Shown in pieces: positions 59,451 through 64,000 of a DNA stretch of 64,000 bases (positions are counted from its first letter, which is position 1; every line of letters starts with the position of its first letter). The notes below the pieces were generated by a model that saw only the letters and a list, made by a program, of their open reading frames with translations, had not been told where the DNA came from and did no database searches. Source of the stretch: an uncultured Gammaproteobacteria bacterium (GTDB lineage Bacteria; Patescibacteriota; Patescibacteriia; CAZGFX01); assembly GCA_964524845.1 (NCBI GenBank), contig CAZGFX010000002.1, positions 227,428 through 291,427 of the forward strand, written 5' to 3'. The position numbers and the translations under genes are program-made.

Positions 59451-60894
59451 ATGCATATGGTATCGCGGCAAATGCTTCGGCCACGCGAATTACATATTCG
59501 AGAAAAAGCCACGTAAGCCATCCGTTTAATGCTCCGACTGTACCGAAAACACTGCCAAAAATAATGGTAAAAAATCCTGTAAGCATTGCGTATGGGATAA
59601 CAGGAAGCACAAGAAGATTGACTATTGGCGCTATCAGAGAAATTCCTTTAAACGCATATACTGTTATCGGGAGTGTAGCTATTGTAGCGGAAAGTGTTGA
59701 AACGAATGATTCACGAATTCCAAACATTTCCGGCACCCATCCACACACTTTAATAACGTAAGGACTGAGATATATCAGCCCTATTGTCGCAAGAAACGAG
59801 AGATGAAATCCCATGTCATATATGATAAACGGATTCATTGCAAGCATAAGAAAAGCGGAGCATATGAGTAACATAAATGGATATACCGATCGTCCTCCAT
59901 ACTTCGCGATAAGTGCGATCACACCCATCACCGCTGCACGAATAACAGAGGCCTGAGCTCCTGTAATACACACATAAAAAATTATACCGAGCATAACTAG
60001 CCACAACGCATATTTTCTATGAACACCAAAATACGGCAGAATAGCGAGAAATGCCACACCAATAATCGTAATGTTATATCCTGACACGGCAACAATATGC
60101 GTTATTCCAACGCGTCGAAATGTTTCCGACACGTCGTCAGGAATTCCTTGTTTTGCTCCCCACAAAATCCCTGCGGCAAGCGATGCATGTGGTTCAATCA
60201 GACGAGAAGTAAGTTCTATAATGAGAATTTTTTTTACTTTTAATATGTTTGAATACAAAAAAGATCCTTTTCCCTCATTTATTTTTTTAACAGAACGAAC
60301 AATATAACATACACCTGTTATGTTGTGGCGCATCAAAAAATGATAATAATCAAAATCCTCTATCATACCAGCCTTCTCGAGCGGACACTTAACAGAAAGT
60401 TCGTCTCCGTATGTAAAACGAGGGTACAGAGGCAGTGTTATGAGTGTTTTTTCTTTTTCTGATATTCTTTCACTGATATCTTTGCTTATGATGTGCCCGA
60501 TCGTGTATTTTACTTTATCAGTACGCACATCCGGTTCATCAACAACAACACCCGTAAATGAAACAAGGTGTCGTTCTCCGTCAGCAATAAACCGAGCAAT
60601 ATTTCCGTGCTCCATGTGTTCCACATGAATTGAATATCTCCACACTCCACATGCCGTGCCAAATAAAAAAAGAAAACATAATGCCGACACCGATAAAACA
60701 AATTGTTTTTTTGAATAAAACTTGCCAAATCGACAAAAAATTATCGCGTACGATATACTTGTTATAATAATTATTGTGTTTAATGTATCCGGAATAACAA
60801 AATATGGCGCAATAAACACACCAAGTACAAAACCGCTTCCAACAGATCGCACAAGCCATGTTTTTGATATATAGTCACGAGATATTATTTTCAT
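59437..60894 (-). CDS. comEC: ComEC/Rec2 DNA uptake channel (DUF4131 + Competence domains)
   Basis: GITHIVAVSGYN, ASVIRAAVM, GFHLSFLAT. Confidence 0.93.
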   Translation of the reverse strand: MKIISRDYISKTWLVRSVGSGFVLGVFIAPYFVIPDTLNTIIIITSISYAIIFCRFGKFYSKKQFVLSVSALCFLFLFGTACGVWRYSIHVEHMEHGNIARFIADGERHLVSFTGVVVDEPDVRTDKVKYTIGHIISKDISERISEKEKTLITLPLYPRFTYGDELSVKCPLEKAGMIEDFDYYHFLMRHNITGVCYIVRSVKKINEGKGSFLYSNILKVKKILIIELTSRLIEPHASLAAGILWGAKQGIPDDVSETFRRVGITHIVAVSGYNITIIGVAFLAILPYFGVHRKYALWLVMLGIIFYVCITGAQASVIRAAVMGVIALIAKYGGRSVYPFMLLICSAFLMLAMNPFIIYDMGFHLSFLATIGLIYLSPYVIKVCGWVPEMFGIRESFVSTLSATIATLPITVYAFKGISLIAPIVNLLVLPVIPYAMLTGFFTIIFGSVFGTVGALNGWLTWLFLEYVIRVAEAFAAIPYAYVSF

Positions 60895-60946
60895 GCGGGT
60901 ATTTTTCTACTGATATTATCCACATTACAAAACACCCTCAAGCGCC

Positions 60947-61160
60947 GTCGGTGGATAAACTAGCGCCGCCTGCCCTTCTCTTGCGAAGCAAGAGATAGGG
61001 TCGGTGGATAAACTAGCGCCGCCTGCCCTTCTCTTGCGAAGCAAGAGATAGGGTCGGTGGATAAACTAGCGCCGCCTGCCCCCTAGCGAAGCGAGGGACC
61101 TTACTGAGCGAAGCGAGGAACCTTACTGAGCGAAGCAAGAGATAGGGTCTGTTGATAAAC
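60947..61160. repeat. 53-bp tandem repeat (2 full + 1 partial) with palindromic core and GTGGATAA boxes
   Basis: GTCGGTGGATAAACTAGCGCCGCCTGCCCTTCTCTTGCGAAGCAAGAGATAGG at 60947 and 61000, partial at 61053; then 2 x CCTTACTGAGCGAAGC. Confidence 0.85.
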
Positions 61161-61231
61161 CCTCTCACCATACACAAAACAAACCTCATATATCCACTTG
61201 TGGATAAAAAAACAGCTCGTAAAGCTGTTTA

Positions 61232-61427
61232 TGTCATCCTGAACCATGTCATCCTGAATTTATTTCAGGATCTATATATCTGTTTCAGAATCTTCCTTGA
61301 TACATTGTGTATTATGTCATTCTGAACTTGTTTCAGAATCTTCCTTGATACATTGTTTTCTAGGAAAACTTATATTTCATATTATTAAAAGTTACACTGC
61401 AGATGCTGAAACGAGTTCGGCATAACG
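61232..61427. repeat. TGTCATCCTGAAC REP doublet (same family and spacer as 18414 and 26132)
   Basis: TGTCATCCTGAATTTATTTCAGGATCT...CCTTGATACATTGTTTTCTAGGAAAAC...AGATGCTGAAACGAGTTCGGCATAAC. Confidence 0.85.
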
Positions 61428-61459
61428 CAATGATTATCTTTCTATAAAAAATCAAAAAA

Positions 61460-62017
61460 TTATTTTTTATATTGTTCGATAATCGCATCTATATTCTTTT
61501 CAAAATCTTCTATTGTTCCGTTGTTATCAACGATGCATTGCGAAACATCTTTCAAACCCCGAATCTGTACTTCCGTTTCTTGTAATTGTTCTTTTTCAAA
61601 TTGCTCAAATGTTTTTGTACTATCGCCGACATTTTCTCCACGCGCAACAAGTCGTTCATATCTTTTTTTAACATCGGTTTCAATATATACAAGCATAAAA
61701 CTAGGGAGCATCTTTAAATATTTTATATCAGCATTTCTCCTTACTCCATCAATTACGATTATTTCATGTGAATCGTGTTCAGCGTCCTGAGACATTACTT
61801 TTGCCAAAACATCATCTCCAAAATTTGCGCGCAAAACCGTCGATAGAGTTTGTAGATTATCTCTGCTTTGCTCAATATACAATCTATCCAGAACATCTCT
61901 CAGCATCGTTGAAAACCGATGTGTATGAGCACCATACTTTTCAACACAATACTTTGTAAAAGTTCCTTTTCCACTCGCGATCTCACCCGCTAATCCAATT
62001 ATTATTTTGTTTGCCAT
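61460..62017 (-). CDS. P-loop nucleoside-monophosphate/dephospho-CoA kinase-like protein
   Basis: IIGLAGEIASGKGT, VIDGVR, RYERL, NNGT. Confidence 0.85.
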   Translation of the reverse strand: MANKIIIGLAGEIASGKGTFTKYCVEKYGAHTHRFSTMLRDVLDRLYIEQSRDNLQTLSTVLRANFGDDVLAKVMSQDAEHDSHEIIVIDGVRRNADIKYLKMLPSFMLVYIETDVKKRYERLVARGENVGDSTKTFEQFEKEQLQETEVQIRGLKDVSQCIVDNNGTIEDFEKNIDAIIEQYKK

Positions 62018-62029
62018 AATAATATATAT

Positions 62030-62527
62030 TTACTTTCCCTGATCAGCGTACTCTGTAACCCTATTATTAAGAAGTTCATATAAAACACCAGCTTCTTTAA
62101 AAACTTCCTTGCTTCTCTGTCCTGCGTGATAATCCTCCTCACACACGACACGTTTAATTCCGGCGTTAATAATCATCTTCGCGCACGCATAACACGGAGT
62201 CATCTTGCAATACAATGTAGCTCCTTCTAACGCGACACCAATTCTTGCCGCTTGAATAATCGCGTTCTGCTCAGCGTGAGCCGTTCTTATACAATGACGT
62301 GTTTCGTGATTATCCTCGTGTACGACGGTGTGCATCTCATGACCCACCTCATCACAATGAGGGAGTCCGACTGGAGAACCAACATATCCGGTTGATATAA
62401 TTCTCTTGTCCGAAGTGATCACGCACCCTGAGCGTCCTCGATCACATGTTCCGCGCGAACCGATAATTTTAACTATCTCCATAAAATACTCATCCCATGA
62501 CGGTCTTTTGTATTTTTCCTCTTCCAT
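62030..62527 (-). CDS. dCMP deaminase (ComEB family)
   Basis: RPSWDEYFM, HAEQNA, PCYACAK. Confidence 0.93.
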   Translation of the reverse strand: MEEEKYKRPSWDEYFMEIVKIIGSRGTCDRGRSGCVITSDKRIISTGYVGSPVGLPHCDEVGHEMHTVVHEDNHETRHCIRTAHAEQNAIIQAARIGVALEGATLYCKMTPCYACAKMIINAGIKRVVCEEDYHAGQRSKEVFKEAGVLYELLNNRVTEYADQGK

Positions 62528-62669
62528 ATAATTATGTTTTAGTATTATGTACCAAAATATTTATTACTCACTTTCATATTTAATACTATCACCTCAAATA
62601 CTACTCTTTTCTTTTTTTATGGTCAAAAAACATTATTTTTAATAGTTTTTCTAAATTAAAATCAATAAG

Positions 62670-63768
62670 TTACACCTTGTCCCATTTCAAATACGCCTCG
62701 ACGAATTCTTCGATTTTCCCATTGAGCACTCCTTCCGTATCATTCGTCTCATATCCTGTGCGAACATCCTTTACAAGCTGGTACGGATAAAGTACGTACG
62801 ATCTTATCTGACTTCCCCACTCAGTCGATTTTCGTTCTCCGCGAACTCCTCGCTCTCTATCACGACGCTTCTCATATTCCAAAATCTTGAGCTTTGATTT
62901 CAAAACATTCATCGCGGTTTCTTTGTTTTGTGTTTGTGATCGTTCATTCTGACATGTAACGACAATTCCTGTAGGAATATGATTGATTCGTACGGCGGAA
63001 TCAGTTGTGTTCACTCCCTGGCCACCGTGTCCGGACGCACGATAAACATCAATTCGGATATCTTTATCTTCTATTACAATATCGGATACGAGTCCGAAGT
63101 CGGGTATTACTTCGATTTGTGAAAAAGATGTGTGACGAGCCTTATCAGCGTCAAAAGGCGATATTCGTACAAGTCTATGAACACCTGATTCCGAACGGAG
63201 ATTCCCATATGCCTTATCTCCTTTAACTGTAAAAGAAACATTTTTTATTCCCGCCTCAAGCCCTCTGCTAGTATCAATAATTTCCGTAGTATATCCTTTT
63301 CTTTCACAGTATCGAAGCATCATTCGAAGTAATATCTCAGTCCAGTCCTGTGCTTCCGTCCCGCCCGCTCCTGCCTGTATATTTACTATGGCATCATAAT
63401 GATCGAACTCACCCGTGAAAAGCGCCTGCACCTCAACAACATGCAGGAGCGGGCGGATTTTTTCAATTGCTTTTTCTAGGTCACTTATATCATTACTCTT
63501 TTCCATTTCAATAATATCACATATATCACGAGCATCTGCACATTCTTTTTCTAGCAAAGCGAAATCGGCCAGGTCTTTTTTTATTCCCGCCGCATATTGT
63601 GTACGCGCAACCGCTTTTTTCGGATCGGCCCAGATCTCCGATCCTCCAAATTCTTTCTCTAATTCAACAAGCTCTCTCCTTTTTCCTTCAACGTCAAAGT
63701 AAGTGAGCGAAGTCTTTTACTCTTTGCTCGATTAATTCTAATTGTTTCTTTGCTTCGTAAAGTTCCAT
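62670..63768 (-). CDS. prfB: Peptide chain release factor 2 with programmed +1 frameshift
   Basis: ATG 63768 gives MELYEAKKQLELIEQRVKDFAHLL, then CTT TGA C (63699-63693); the +1 frame continues DVEGKRRELVELE... into the ORF with SPF and GGQ motifs. Confidence 0.95.
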
Positions 63769-63776
63769 TATAAAAA

Positions 63777-64000
63777 TTATTGCATCTTCCTTCTAATGAA
63801 AGTTGGGATGTCCAATTCTTCTTCCGAAATATCATTTTCACTTGAAGCCTTTTTTCTAGAAGCTTCTGATTGCAAAGGTCGACGATGTTCGTCTGATCGT
63901 TCTTTTCTTTGATTTGATGCTTGATCGTTTACTGACATATCATTCATGGTTTCACGAATTGATGCACGTGATGGACGCATTGTTTTTTGTATGAGTTCTT
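63777..64000 (-). CDS. ftsZ: Cell division protein FtsZ, C-terminal fragment (5' part outside the window)
   Basis: Disordered linker ending EEELDIPTFIRRK, the conserved FtsZ C-terminal peptide. Confidence 0.8.
   Translation of the reverse strand, partial: ELIQKTMRPSRASIRETMNDMSVNDQASNQRKERSDEHRRPLQSEASRKKASSENDISEEELDIPTFIRRKMQ

Noticed and set aside
60947-61160. CRISPR array or oriC
   Set aside because: Identical 53-bp units without spacers; no dnaA/dnaN nearby and no change in gene strand bias.
3036-63702. Many short antisense or overlapping ORFs in the track (e.g. 3036-3494, 35661-36137, 42913-43380, 47162-47686)
   Set aside because: Shadow frames of well-supported genes with no recognisable motifs.
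62670-63768. prfB as a truncated pseudogene
   Set aside because: The break is the canonical CTT TGA C programmed frameshift and both frames join cleanly.
1-64000. Alternative genetic code 25 (TGA=Gly)
   Set aside because: Core genes are intact under code 11, TGA ends genes such as the GIY-YIG and M50 protease, and RF2 is present.

Overview
AT-rich bacterial chromosome segment, most likely Patescibacteria/CPR (inference: no rpmD in the spc operon, Shine-Dalgarno-less core genes, small GIY-YIG/REP elements; standard code 11 because prfB is present). Most genes lie on the minus strand. Left to right: a five-gene cell-surface operon (pilin/WxL-like subunit, two DUF916-like anchored proteins, a dockerin protein, a large cohesin/Ig/Cys-repeat protein running off the window); alr; a methyltransferase; a CHASE2 adenylate cyclase with a FecR-domain partner; tRNA-Lys; dnaB-ybaB-recR; a 15-kb HAAT (livHMGF-type) ABC locus with nine membrane-anchored substrate-binding paralogues interleaved with repeat elements; rplU; the str-S10-spc ribosomal cluster through secY-adk-map; small ORFans; rpmB; a 1.4-kb non-coding region with a 6S-like RNA; ndk; split comEC; dCMP deaminase; prfB with a +1 frameshift; and the ftsZ 3' end. 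The strongest leads are (1) the mosaic binding-protein array, in which identical N-terminal anchor modules are joined to divergent binding domains; (2) a GIY-YIG gene bounded by 17-bp inverted repeats, with non-autonomous relatives placed directly against liv start codons; (3) the cohesin-dockerin surface operon; and (4) Shine-Dalgarno sites in front of ORFans but not core genes or the prfB frameshift. All calls come from reading motifs by eye; no database searches were run.
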